Translations under genes and position numbers: made by a program
Origin: Smithella sp.
Lineage (GTDB): Bacteria; Desulfobacterota; Syntrophia; Syntrophales; Smithellaceae
DNA: 64,000 nt
Reading direction: 5' to 3'
NCBI GenBank assembly: GCA_035524255.1
Contig: DATKPG010000023.1
Coordinates: 19,459 to 83,458, forward strand
Notes under the pieces: generated by a model
What the model saw: only the letters and a program-made list of their open reading frames with translations
The model's database searches: none
Told to the model about the DNA's origin: nothing
Shown: positions 50,699-59,795 of the stretch, one piece after another
Position numbering within the stretch: the stretch's first letter is position 1
How the letters are laid out: every line of letters begins with the position of its first letter

Positions 50699-50788
50699 AA
50701 ATTCTCTTTCCGTGCAACCTGGTATCAACAAAAATGCAGACCGGAAAATAATTGCCGGTCTGCATTTTGATATTCATTGTATTATTCT

Positions 50789-52216
50789 CTAACGGCTGAT
50801 TTTATCGAGCTCGGTGCCGTCAGAGGCCAGAAGCCTGATTTCCAAAGGCATTCTTCCGATGGCATGTGTGGAACAGGATAAACACGGGTCATAACAGCGG
50901 ATAGCCGCTTCCACCCTGTTTAACATGCCTTCGGTGAGTCTGCTTCCGACAACAAAAGCCTTAGCCACCGAACCTGCCGCCGTATGCATTGCCCAGTTAT
51001 TATTTCCCGTGGCAACGATAAGATTCACTCTGGTCAGCAACCCGTTCTCATCCGTGCCGTAATCATGGAAAAGCGTCCCGCGGGGCGCCTCAATGACGCC
51101 GACACCCTGTCCCGGTAGTTCTTCCTGAGGCGGATTGTTTCTGACATTGTTGGACATAATGTCAGGATCGTCAAGTAACTGACCGATTCTTTCCAGACAA
51201 TGGAGCATTTCAATCATCCGGGCATAGTGATAATAGAGAGATCCTTCCACCGGTCTGCCGCCATTGATCTGCCTGAACAATTTAAATTCTTCCTGAGCCA
51301 GAGGCGTGCCGATCTTGTCAATCACATTCATCCGTCCCAGCGGGCCTACGCGATAAAATCCCTTCGGCCATCCCAGCATGCGCAAATAGGGATGCTTGAG
51401 AAATGACCATGGCTCCACATGCTCCGCGATATAGGATAGATAATGCTCCGGCTTGAACTGAGCCAACAATTTCCCGTTCGCGTCTCTGGTCCGGATTTCA
51501 CCGTCATAGAGTTGCAGGCCTCCATCCTTGTCCACCAGTCCCATATAATTAGAGGGGAAAGCGGCGAAGCTTTCTGCTGTCTCTTTATTGGCCTCCAGCC
51601 AGCCTTTGGCGATACTGATTGCCGCTTTTCCGATTTCAGTCATGGTCTTTAATTCAGCGGCAATCGCCTTTCGATTCTCTTTTGTCAAGGGAGCATTTAC
51701 GCCGCCGGTTACGGCAAAATTAGCGTGAATACGTTTTCCCCCCAGCCGCTCGATGATCTGCTGCCCGAAACGGCGCAGATTCACGGCCTTCAGAGCCAGT
51801 TGGGGATTTTCTTTAATGATGCGGAAAACATTGCGCGTTGCGGGATCGGAATCGAAACCAAAGAGCAGATCGGGAGCCGCCAGATGAAAAAAATGCATCC
51901 CGTGAGACTGCACCATTTGACCCATATGCATCAATTCGCGCAATAAAATGGCTGTACGCGTCGGAACGACCCGCGCCACGGCATCGCAGGCTTTTGCCGC
52001 CGCCAGGTGATGGCTTATTGGACAGATTCCGCAAATACGCTGCGTGATTTGAGGCATTTCGTAATATGGCCGACCCTCACAGAATTTTTCCAGACCGCGG
52101 AATTCATCAACATGAAAAAAAGTCTGTTCCACCTCGCCCTGATCATTCAGATGAATGGTTACTCTTCCGTGACCTTCTATTCGTGTTACTGGTTCAATGG
52201 TTATCTTTTGCCCCAT
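50789..52216 (-). CDS. [NiFe]-hydrogenase large subunit, cytoplasmic group-3 type (HoxH-like)
   Basis: RIEGHGRVTIHL, RICGICPISH (N-terminal Ni-Fe ligands) and DPCLSCSTHA (C-terminal ligands), followed by a 24-aa extension for proteolytic maturation. All ligands are Cys; none is Sec. Confidence 0.9.
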   Translation of the reverse strand: MGQKITIEPVTRIEGHGRVTIHLNDQGEVEQTFFHVDEFRGLEKFCEGRPYYEMPQITQRICGICPISHHLAAAKACDAVARVVPTRTAILLRELMHMGQMVQSHGMHFFHLAAPDLLFGFDSDPATRNVFRIIKENPQLALKAVNLRRFGQQIIERLGGKRIHANFAVTGGVNAPLTKENRKAIAAELKTMTEIGKAAISIAKGWLEANKETAESFAAFPSNYMGLVDKDGGLQLYDGEIRTRDANGKLLAQFKPEHYLSYIAEHVEPWSFLKHPYLRMLGWPKGFYRVGPLGRMNVIDKIGTPLAQEEFKLFRQINGGRPVEGSLYYHYARMIEMLHCLERIGQLLDDPDIMSNNVRNNPPQEELPGQGVGVIEAPRGTLFHDYGTDENGLLTRVNLIVATGNNNWAMHTAAGSVAKAFVVGSRLTEGMLNRVEAAIRCYDPCLSCSTHAIGRMPLEIRLLASDGTELDKISR

Positions 52217-52228
52217 AAAAGTTCTCCT

Positions 52229-52774
52229 CTAATCATATGTAAATAGTTCGGGCGGCAGAACAACCGGTGTGCGCCCCGCGAGAAGCTCTGTTAACGCGTA
52301 GTAAAATGCATCCGCCCTTGGCGGACAACCCGGAATGAAAAGATCAACCTTGACGACTTTATCCACTCCAACAACCATATCCAGAGGTTTGCCCAATTCA
52401 TCAGAATCCGGGATGATTCCGTCAACTGTGCTTTCCGTGTCAATGTATGCCCTCTTCAACGCCGCGTCCGTCCCCACAAGATTGCGCATTGCCGGTACCC
52501 CGCCGAAAGTCGCGCAGTCCCCGACAGCAATCAGTATATCGCAGCGCTCGCGCATTTGTTTGGCGACTTCAATGTTATGCGTGTTGCAGATCGCCCCTTC
52601 AAGAATACCCACCGTAACACCTTCCTTCGGAGGATGTTTGAGGTCGGTTATCGGACTTGATGTGAATTCCACCAGTTCTGATAGCTTGACAATGCGCTCG
52701 TCTATATCCAGAAATGACATGTGACATCCGGCACAACCAGCCAACCAGTCTGTTGCTACTTTTACTTTGGCCAT
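52229..52774 (-). CDS. [NiFe]-hydrogenase small subunit, short HoxY-like type
   Basis: 181 aa; N-terminal WLAGCAGCHMSFLD; GDCATFGG and PGCPP cluster motifs; no Tat signal. Confidence 0.88.
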   Translation of the reverse strand: MAKVKVATDWLAGCAGCHMSFLDIDERIVKLSELVEFTSSPITDLKHPPKEGVTVGILEGAICNTHNIEVAKQMRERCDILIAVGDCATFGGVPAMRNLVGTDAALKRAYIDTESTVDGIIPDSDELGKPLDMVVGVDKVVKVDLFIPGCPPRADAFYYALTELLAGRTPVVLPPELFTYD

Positions 52775-52788
52775 TTAGACTGCTCCTT

Positions 52789-54573
52789 TCATTTCAATAA
52801 TTTCTTCAATCCGGCCGAGACCGCGTCCGGGGAAAAGACAATCTTCTTATCTATCTTTTCGGCTAACGTCCGGAGAACTTCCCAGTCGGATTTCGCCTGT
52901 CCCGCGGGTTGAACCGCACTGTTTAATTTCTGAATACAGCCTTCGGTATTCGTTAAACTGCCCGTTCTTTCCGACCATATTGCCGCGGGCAAAACCAGAT
53001 CGGCACAATCGGTCAGTTCCGATACAAAACTTGACTGAACGACTTTAAAAGCGCCCGCGGGCACTTTCTTTAATAAATCTTTTCCGTCGCAATTTTGTTC
53101 GCCCTGCAAAATGTATAACAGCTTAACACCTGCGGGGCTGAAACCACCGTTGATTCCAAAAGCTTTTGCCGCGCATGTATTGACGCCGGATTCGATGATA
53201 ATATATTGAGCCTGTTTTTCCAGTTTCTTTATCGCTTTAGCCACATTTTTATTAATTGCTGAACCGTATAAGACAATCGGGTTTGCCGCTCTGCCGGCGA
53301 TTTCAATGGCCTTGTCAATATCAGCCGTTCCCATACACATATATGCAAACGGCGTCAGATCGTTTTCTTTATCATCGACAATGATCAGGCGCGCTCCTTT
53401 ATCCAGGGCGTGTTTAATCATGAAAGACGCTACCGGCTGATCTTTAGCGGGATTGCTGCTTACGATTAAAATAATGTCGCTCTTGGCGATTTCGTCAAAC
53501 GTGCTTTGCTGTTTTTTGAAAATTTGCGGCGCGACGCTATTCATCAGTCCAATATTGGATACCTTCAGTTTATCACAGAACAGCTTACTGATTAAATAAA
53601 GCGCTTCATTGGTCGCGAAACTGGAAGCAAGCACACCCGTTTCTTTTGCTTTGGCGCTGCCGATTTTTTTCACCATGACATCAAAAGCTTTTTTCCAGCT
53701 TATGGGTTCAAGCTTGTCTTCATCACGCAACAGCGGTTCGGTAATTCGGCTCCGGTCATCATATAAAGGCTCAAAGCGGCCCATTTTGCATAGCAGGCCA
53801 TGATTCACCGGCGCGTCCCAATCGCCCCTGATTTGAATAACATTGCCGCCGCGTGTGACAACTTCCATTCCGCAGCCGATACTGCATTGTCCGCAGGTGC
53901 TTTTAGTTTTCTGTGTCAGGCTGTCACGTCCCATAAAAGGACTTCTTTTGTAAAATAAGGCGCCCGTCGGGCATACCTGGGTACATGTGCCGCAGGAAAT
54001 ACAGGTGGATTCGCCAAGACAGGCCTGCGCGTCGGCATGGACCATCGTCTCATTGCCCCGCTGGCCCAGGCCCAGTGTGTGATTAGCCACCAGTTCATCA
54101 CAGGCCCGAACGCAACGCTGACATAAAACGCAGCGGTTGTGTTCCATCAGATAATATTTATTTGTGGCATCGATGGGGAATCTTTTCGTATACGTCGGAT
54201 ACGCCCAGTGGTCGATGCCGTAACGATAACCCAGATCCTGCAGCTCACACATGCCGCTCATTTCGCAATAAGGGCAGAAATGATTTCTTTCAGAAAAAAG
54301 TAAATCCAGAACTAATTTTCTGGCTTTGATCACCGGAGGCGACTCCGTTTGTATTTCCATGCCATCACTCACCGGAAAGGTGCAGGAAGTTTGCAAATTA
54401 CGTTGTCCTTTAATATCAACGATGCAGACTCGGCAGGCGCCAACGGAAGACAATGCCGGATGTTCACAGAGTGTCGGAATGTCAATTCCTTCCCGCCGGG
54501 CGGCTTCAAGAACCGTAATTCCCGCCTGTGTGGTTATTTTCCGGCCATTGATGGTAATATTCACTGTAGCCAT
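52789..54573 (-). CDS. NuoG/HoxU-like iron-sulfur protein: 2Fe-2S + multiple 4Fe-4S + truncated molybdopterin-oxidoreductase-like domain
   Basis: N-terminal 2Fe-2S ferredoxin fold (CEHPALSSVGACRVCIV...C); HFCPYCEMSGMC; CVLCQRCVRAC; CISCGTCTQVCP; MopB-type CGQCSIGCG...LCKMG. Confidence 0.8.
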   Translation of the reverse strand: MATVNITINGRKITTQAGITVLEAARREGIDIPTLCEHPALSSVGACRVCIVDIKGQRNLQTSCTFPVSDGMEIQTESPPVIKARKLVLDLLFSERNHFCPYCEMSGMCELQDLGYRYGIDHWAYPTYTKRFPIDATNKYYLMEHNRCVLCQRCVRACDELVANHTLGLGQRGNETMVHADAQACLGESTCISCGTCTQVCPTGALFYKRSPFMGRDSLTQKTKSTCGQCSIGCGMEVVTRGGNVIQIRGDWDAPVNHGLLCKMGRFEPLYDDRSRITEPLLRDEDKLEPISWKKAFDVMVKKIGSAKAKETGVLASSFATNEALYLISKLFCDKLKVSNIGLMNSVAPQIFKKQQSTFDEIAKSDIILIVSSNPAKDQPVASFMIKHALDKGARLIIVDDKENDLTPFAYMCMGTADIDKAIEIAGRAANPIVLYGSAINKNVAKAIKKLEKQAQYIIIESGVNTCAAKAFGINGGFSPAGVKLLYILQGEQNCDGKDLLKKVPAGAFKVVQSSFVSELTDCADLVLPAAIWSERTGSLTNTEGCIQKLNSAVQPAGQAKSDWEVLRTLAEKIDKKIVFSPDAVSAGLKKLLK

Positions 54574-55027
54574 CTTTTACCTTGCCTCCTTTCTTTACCT
54601 TATCTCTATTCTATCCTGTAAAAATTAAATGAAAATTACTGACAACATTTACATTTTAAAACTTCTTTTCGTAAAAGTCAATTTCCTTTGCAAACAGTTC
54701 CTGCTTGCAGGTTCGACGTTACAATTTCTCTTTTTCGGTAAATACACTAGCATATTACAAACTTATAACATCGAGATATAATAAATACCGGCTAAAAAAC
54801 AATCTTTGTCATCGTTCATTTAATCAAAATTGAACTAAATCTTCCAGCTTGCCGCAAAATGCGGCTGACCAAATTTTTATGATGCAATTCACGCTAAGAT
54901 TTTTTACGGCAATTAAAAAAGTTGATGATAATTTGCAAATTACACATCCTGAAGTTATACCCTTGATATATTTCCATGAATATTATAGATGTCAATCCGT
55001 ATTTTATGTAAGTGAAGGAGTTTCAAT

Positions 55028-56719
55028 ATGACCCAGGATACAACCTCAACCCCGACCGATTTTATCCGCGATATCATCGATGACGACCTGAAGACCAACA
55101 AAAACGACGGACGTGTCGCTACCCGTTTTCCGCCGGAGCCGAACGGCTATATTCACATCGGACACGCCAAGTCCGTATGTCTCAACTTCGGCATTGCCGC
55201 GCAATATCAGGGAACCTGTAACCTCAGGCTGGACGACACAGACCCCGCGGGAGAATCCATGGAATTTGTTGAATCCATCATCCACGATATCCACTGGCTC
55301 GGATTTGACTGGGAAGATCGTTTATTTTACGCCTCCGATTATTTCGAGAGGATTTATCAGTTTGCCGTTGAGCTCATCAAATCCGGAAATGCCTATGTGT
55401 GCTCTCTGAGCCCCGATGAAATGAGGGAATATCGCGGAACGTTCACAGAACCTGGAAAGGAAAGTCCCTGCCGCAACCGTCCCGTAGAAGAAAACCTTGA
55501 CCTGTTTCAACGGATGCGGGCAGGCGAGTTTCCCGACGGCGCCTATGTTCTGCGCGCCAGGATTGACATGGCCTCGCCAAACATTGTCATGCGCGATCCT
55601 ATTATCTACCGCATCAAACGGGAGCCTCATTACCGGACAGGGACAAAGTGGGTCATCTATCCCATGTATGACTTTGCGCACTGCCTCTCCGACGCGCTGG
55701 AGGGAATCACCTACTCCATTTGCACACTGGAGTTTGAAAACAACCGTCCTCTTTATGACTGGATTGTGGAGCGACTGATCACCGGCTTGCGCCCGCGGCA
55801 GATTGAATTTGCCCGTCTTAATTTAAGTTACACGGTTCTCAGCAAACGCAGGCTAATTGAGCTTGTACAGAAAAACTATGTCAAAGGCTGGGACGATCCG
55901 CGCATGCCCACCGTGACGGGGCTTAGGCGCCGGGGATACACGCCTGAGGCCATCCGGAATTTCTGCGCGCAGATAGGCGTGGCCAAAAACGACAACCTGA
56001 TTGACGTGGCCCTGCTGGAACATTGCGTCCGCGAAGATCTGAACATTCACGCGCCCAGAGCAATGTGCGTTTTGCGACCGCTTCGCGTTGTCATCGACAA
56101 CTATCCGGAAGCCCAGGTTGAGCAATTCGAGTGTGCCAATCATCCGCAAAATCCCGATATGGGCGTAAGAGAGCTTCCTTTTTCCAGAGTGCTGTATATC
56201 GAACGGGACGATTTCATGGAAGATCCGCCAAAAAAATATCACCGGCTTGGCCCGGGACGCGAAGTTCGCCTTAGAAACTCTTATATTATTAAATTTGAGA
56301 GCATGGTACGCGATGAGAGCACCGGCGAAGTCATCGAACTGCATTGCACCTACGATCCCCAAACCCGCAACGCGCCGCCGGCGGACGGACGCAAAGTGCC
56401 GGGAGTTATTCACTGGGTATCGGCCGGGCACTGTGTTCCCGCCGAGATAAGGTTGTACGACCGCCTGTTCACCATCGAGGATCCCGGAAGCGAAGAGGAC
56501 TTTGTCAAATATCTGAATCCGAATTCGCTGGAAATTCTGACGGCCTGCTATGTCGAGCAAAGCTTGAATAACGCGGAACCGGGCAGTCAGTTTCAGTTTG
56601 AAAGACTGGGATATTTTTGTGTGGACGCCAAGGATTCGAAAGCCGGAAAGCCTGTTTTCAACCGGGTGGTGCCGCTCAGGGATTCGTGGGCAAAAATTGC
56701 CGGAGGCGAGAAAAAATAA
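55028..56719 (+). CDS. glnS: glutaminyl-tRNA synthetase
   Basis: [11 protein letters not shown]-terminus, the class I HIGH motif ([14 protein letters not shown]), the KMSKS-equivalent VLSKRRL and the GlnRS-type C-terminal anticodon-binding domain. Confidence 0.95.
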   Translation: MTQDTTSTPTDFIRDIIDDDLKTNKNDGRVATRFPPEPNGYIHIGHAKSVCLNFGIAAQYQGTCNLRLDDTDPAGESMEFVESIIHDIHWLGFDWEDRLFYASDYFERIYQFAVELIKSGNAYVCSLSPDEMREYRGTFTEPGKESPCRNRPVEENLDLFQRMRAGEFPDGAYVLRARIDMASPNIVMRDPIIYRIKREPHYRTGTKWVIYPMYDFAHCLSDALEGITYSICTLEFENNRPLYDWIVERLITGLRPRQIEFARLNLSYTVLSKRRLIELVQKNYVKGWDDPRMPTVTGLRRRGYTPEAIRNFCAQIGVAKNDNLIDVALLEHCVREDLNIHAPRAMCVLRPLRVVIDNYPEAQVEQFECANHPQNPDMGVRELPFSRVLYIERDDFMEDPPKKYHRLGPGREVRLRNSYIIKFESMVRDESTGEVIELHCTYDPQTRNAPPADGRKVPGVIHWVSAGHCVPAEIRLYDRLFTIEDPGSEEDFVKYLNPNSLEILTACYVEQSLNNAEPGSQFQFERLGYFCVDAKDSKAGKPVFNRVVPLRDSWAKIAGGEKK

Positions 56720-56804
56720 TAGGCGATCCTTTTAATTCCAATCTAAATAAAAAATAATATTGCGGCAGGAAAGCGGAGATAATACCTTCATTGAGAATTT
56801 AGAA

Positions 56805-56853
56805 TGGCTGGGGAAACAGGATTCGAACCTGTATAAACGGAGTCAGAGTCCGA
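56805..56853 (-). pseudogene. 3' half of a tRNA-Gln(CUG): anticodon arm, variable loop, T-arm, acceptor 3' strand and CCA; no 5' half
   Basis: Reverse complement reads TCGGA CTCTGAC TCCGT TTAT ACAGG TTCGAAT CCTGT TTCCCCA G CCA. The T-arm is perfect and the anticodon is CTG. The tail CCCCAGCCA matches bacterial tRNA-Gln. The upstream 26 nt cannot form an acceptor 5' strand (TGGGGAA is needed) or a D-arm. Confidence 0.7.
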
Positions 56854-57288
56854 ACTAAGTAAACATTTAACCCCTCGATTTTAGGTCTGATTTCCCGTAA
56901 ACACTTATAAATAAACGAAAAATTCAATTCTATCTGTTGCTGTTTATTCTAACTGCTGTATTACACTTTCTAAAGATTCTATCACGTTTTTATCACATCA
57001 ATAAATTTTAAACTCTTAATCTAAATTAAACAAAATCAGAATATGCTTTATGTTTAATTTATAAACACATGAATACCCGTGCCAACATGGGGGTAGACTT
57101 GCTTACAGCAGCAGAAATAATTTTGGAGGTATAAAAATTTGTCGATATGAGAAAATATTCAAACCGAATTTTTTTACTTTTCTATTTTCATATAGAAATA
57201 ATCATTTTGAAGAGGGGCGGGACAATAGAGCTCAAAAATCAGCCGTCCCGTGGGACGTCAGAACAAAATAAATAATAAGGAGGAAGAA

Positions 57289-58350
57289 ATGGAGGAAGAA
57301 AAAGAAGGGGAAGTTTCGAATGAAGAAACACATATGGATAAAGAAAATGACAAAAATGATCAACCAAAATTGTGTGAGTTTGATGTCGATGAAATTGTAC
57401 ATTTCGAGCCCACAACCGACCACATAACGTGTTCCCTAATACCGTGTCCATACATAATAGTGACACCGATGAGTAAATTATGTATCGACGGTTTTAATTT
57501 CATTGAAGATGCAAAAGAAAAAGGGAATAATAAAATCGCTGTTCTTGCTGAATTCTGGGACCAGCATTCAGATTACAAAATTGCATTAAAAAAATTTAAT
57601 CTGCGCTACTCAGCCAATAAAGAACCAATTTATTATATTGAAATGATGAAGCACATAGCTAATTTGAAAAAGATAAAATTAAATGAAAATTCAAAACTAA
57701 TTCAGTTCGGTGTAGGTGGTGCACGAAAAAATATAGAGAGCAGTTCGAAACTTAACACTACATTGGCTGCTGATACAAAACTCAGTCTGGAAACCATTGG
57801 CAAATATTTGTCAGATATTAAGTACGTCAATGATCACGTGATCAATACCCTAACCGAATATCAGAGGCAACCCGCTGAAGAAGACTATCCTTTTCCTAAT
57901 AAAGATTTTTTTGAAATTATCAGACCCAAAAAGAATAGGGCTATTATTGATTACGAATCTGAAGATTCAGACTATGATTCAATTCAAAAGAAAATATCTG
58001 ATGCAGTTTTGGATGCATATGAAAAGTATCGTCATAATCTTCCCATTGAAGAATTTTCAAACAAGCAGCAAGAAGAGATCAAAAGTATAACCTCAGCAAT
58101 TAATGATATTAAAGAAAATATACTTAATATAAAAGAACCTGTCATAACTAGTCCACCTCCTGTATTACCTATACTGGAAGAACCGGGAAAGGAAACTTTA
58201 ACTCTGGCAGTAAATTCTTCCGAAGAAAAGATACAAAATCTTGCAGTAGAATTATGGAAATTAGCTGCTGAAAATGAAGACATTCTTGAAAAGAAAAATA
58301 GATTTTCTGAAATTCTAAATGAATTATTATTAATCGTTGGGTCAATATAA
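57289..58350 (+). CDS. island protein: acidic N-tail, degenerate ParB/Srx (DGQHR-like) N-domain, HTH-like segment, acidic/coiled C-terminus (DpdB-like?)
   Basis: ATG 57289 is preceded by AAGGAGG (57277-57283); the track start at 57250 is GTG. YIIVTPMSKLCIDGFNFIEDAKEKGNNKIAVL resembles the ParB-N core (h-h-h-DG-x-x-R-x-x-A-x-x-x-G) but lacks the His/Arg. LAADTKLSLETIGKYLSDI is HTH-like. Confidence 0.35.
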   Translation: MEEEKEGEVSNEETHMDKENDKNDQPKLCEFDVDEIVHFEPTTDHITCSLIPCPYIIVTPMSKLCIDGFNFIEDAKEKGNNKIAVLAEFWDQHSDYKIALKKFNLRYSANKEPIYYIEMMKHIANLKKIKLNENSKLIQFGVGGARKNIESSSKLNTTLAADTKLSLETIGKYLSDIKYVNDHVINTLTEYQRQPAEEDYPFPNKDFFEIIRPKKNRAIIDYESEDSDYDSIQKKISDAVLDAYEKYRHNLPIEEFSNKQQEEIKSITSAINDIKENILNIKEPVITSPPPVLPILEEPGKETLTLAVNSSEEKIQNLAVELWKLAAENEDILEKKNRFSEILNELLLIVGSI

Positions 58351-58362
58351 AAGGAGGATTGA

Positions 58363-59526
58363 ATGGGAGAATTTGTAAATGTTCCTTCCAGTCTTACTCT
58401 GTCGAATATTCCGATAACTTATGCGACGGATGCTTTACTGTTGAATGTTCCAGGAGTAGGAAGAAGCGAGAAAAGTATTCAGGATGCAATAACTTTAGCG
58501 GCTGAAAGTAAGGCAAAATATTTTTATTTAGACAGCGGCGGTTATGAAATCTTCAAAGCGGTCGAAGCTGGTGAAGAAATTTATTTTGATAGAGACAAAC
58601 CGCTTTACATAAATGGGCACCTTAATATAACCCCCAAATGTATTTATGAAGTTGCAAAAAAATTATTTCCATCCGTAATTGTTGCGCTTGACTATCCGGT
58701 AGTAAAATGTGTCGATGTCAGACGACAAGAGTTGAATTATATGCTGACCGTGGGCTTTAATGTAAAATGTACCAAAGAAACTGCTTTCTATGTCGATAAA
58801 TATATCAAAGAAACAGGTGAGGATGCAAAATTTTACATTGCTTTGCAATGCTACAATCTCTCTCAAATGTCTGACTATTTAAAAAATCTTGAAAGTATTA
58901 ATTACGATGGAATTTCAATTCCAAAACGGGTACACACACCGACAAGCTTGACGCTTTTCTTGTTTCATATCTACAGAAAATTCAGAGAGAATAAATTGCC
59001 GGATATTCATCTTTTGGGATCAACAAAATTTGCGTATCTTGCCATTCTTTCCTATTTCGCAAAAAACTTTTTCAATTATGTCAGTGTCGACGCAACATCT
59101 TGGGCGTATTATTCGCGCAAGTTATTGTACGTATATCCACTGGATCTAAGGTCAACTACAATTGGTGATGAGGCTGATCTGGACAAATTTGAATTTATGA
59201 AATGTGACTGCCCGAGTTGTACGCAGTTTGAAAGTATCAACGACTTAAAGGTTGAACATGAAAGTTATAAAAAAATAATGCTGTACAACCATAACTGGTA
59301 CGTAATTAATGAGGCAATGAATAAATTTTATGAAAACGCCGATACTGCAACAAGTCTCAATGAATATCTTTTGTCTGTTATTGATAGAAGCTATGGCAAT
59401 AGAGAAAAAGAAGTGGCAGAAATATTTCGGTGCTTAAAAATAATAGAGCTCATGAAAGAAAATATTGATGATGACAAAGTAGTTGAAAATTTATCGCAGA
59501 TGCTTGATGCGAATCATGCAAGATAA
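58363..59526 (+). CDS. TGT-fold (queuine/archaeosine tRNA-ribosyltransferase superfamily) protein, DpdA-like candidate DNA/RNA base-exchange enzyme
   Basis: Motifs occur in canonical order: YLDSGGYEIF (Asp57), FYIALQC (Gln162), IHLLGS (216-220), VSVDATSW (Asp243) and the zinc site CDCPSC-x23-HN (Cys281/283/286, His310). An AAGGAGG RBS sits in the 12-nt gap after the upstream ORF. Confidence 0.6.
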   Translation: MGEFVNVPSSLTLSNIPITYATDALLLNVPGVGRSEKSIQDAITLAAESKAKYFYLDSGGYEIFKAVEAGEEIYFDRDKPLYINGHLNITPKCIYEVAKKLFPSVIVALDYPVVKCVDVRRQELNYMLTVGFNVKCTKETAFYVDKYIKETGEDAKFYIALQCYNLSQMSDYLKNLESINYDGISIPKRVHTPTSLTLFLFHIYRKFRENKLPDIHLLGSTKFAYLAILSYFAKNFFNYVSVDATSWAYYSRKLLYVYPLDLRSTTIGDEADLDKFEFMKCDCPSCTQFESINDLKVEHESYKKIMLYNHNWYVINEAMNKFYENADTATSLNEYLLSVIDRSYGNREKEVAEIFRCLKIIELMKENIDDDKVVENLSQMLDANHAR

Positions 59527-59710
59527 AAATTATTCATATTGAAAGAAGGTGATTTAAAAAGCAACTTAATCTGTACATTATTTCCACCTATATTTTATTA
59601 TCTATCTTTTTTATACTGATGGCAATTAATATTATAAATGATATTGAAACATTTATATTTTTATCAATAGAATTATCTTGCCATCATAAGCTCATCATTC
59701 AAATTTTAAT

Positions 59711-59795
59711 AAGGGCAGCGCGGCGGCTGTGCCGGCCCAGATGCTACGGCAGCGGCTCGGATTGAACGTCACAGTCAATGCTTCCGGTTGCCCTT
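59711..59795. other. isolated GC-rich ~85-nt segment closed by a 7-bp inverted repeat inside an AT-rich intergenic region
   Basis: aagggca (59711-59717) ... tgccctt (59789-59795). The interior gcgcggcggctgtgccggcccagatgctacggcagcggctcgg... contrasts sharply with the flanking A/T-rich DNA. It lies 55 nt upstream of the P-loop gene. Confidence 0.3.

Noticed and set aside
54686-54712. Sigma54-type promoter (GG-N10-GC) upstream of the hydrogenase operon, around cctttgcaaacagttcctgcttgcagg.
   Set aside because: On the relevant (minus) strand the GG and TTGC elements are two nucleotides too close, and the TGGCAC consensus is not met.
55853-56560. 235-aa minus-strand ORF inside glnS.
   Set aside because: It is antisense to a gene with HIGH and KMSKS-type motifs and has no features of its own.
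56805-56880. Possible complete tRNA-Gln on the minus strand.
   Set aside because: Only the 3' 49 nt fold as a tRNA. The preceding 26 nt (ATCGAGGGGTTAAATGTTTACTTAGT) cannot supply the TGGGGAA acceptor strand or a D-arm with the GG loop. It is therefore a fragment, not a gene.
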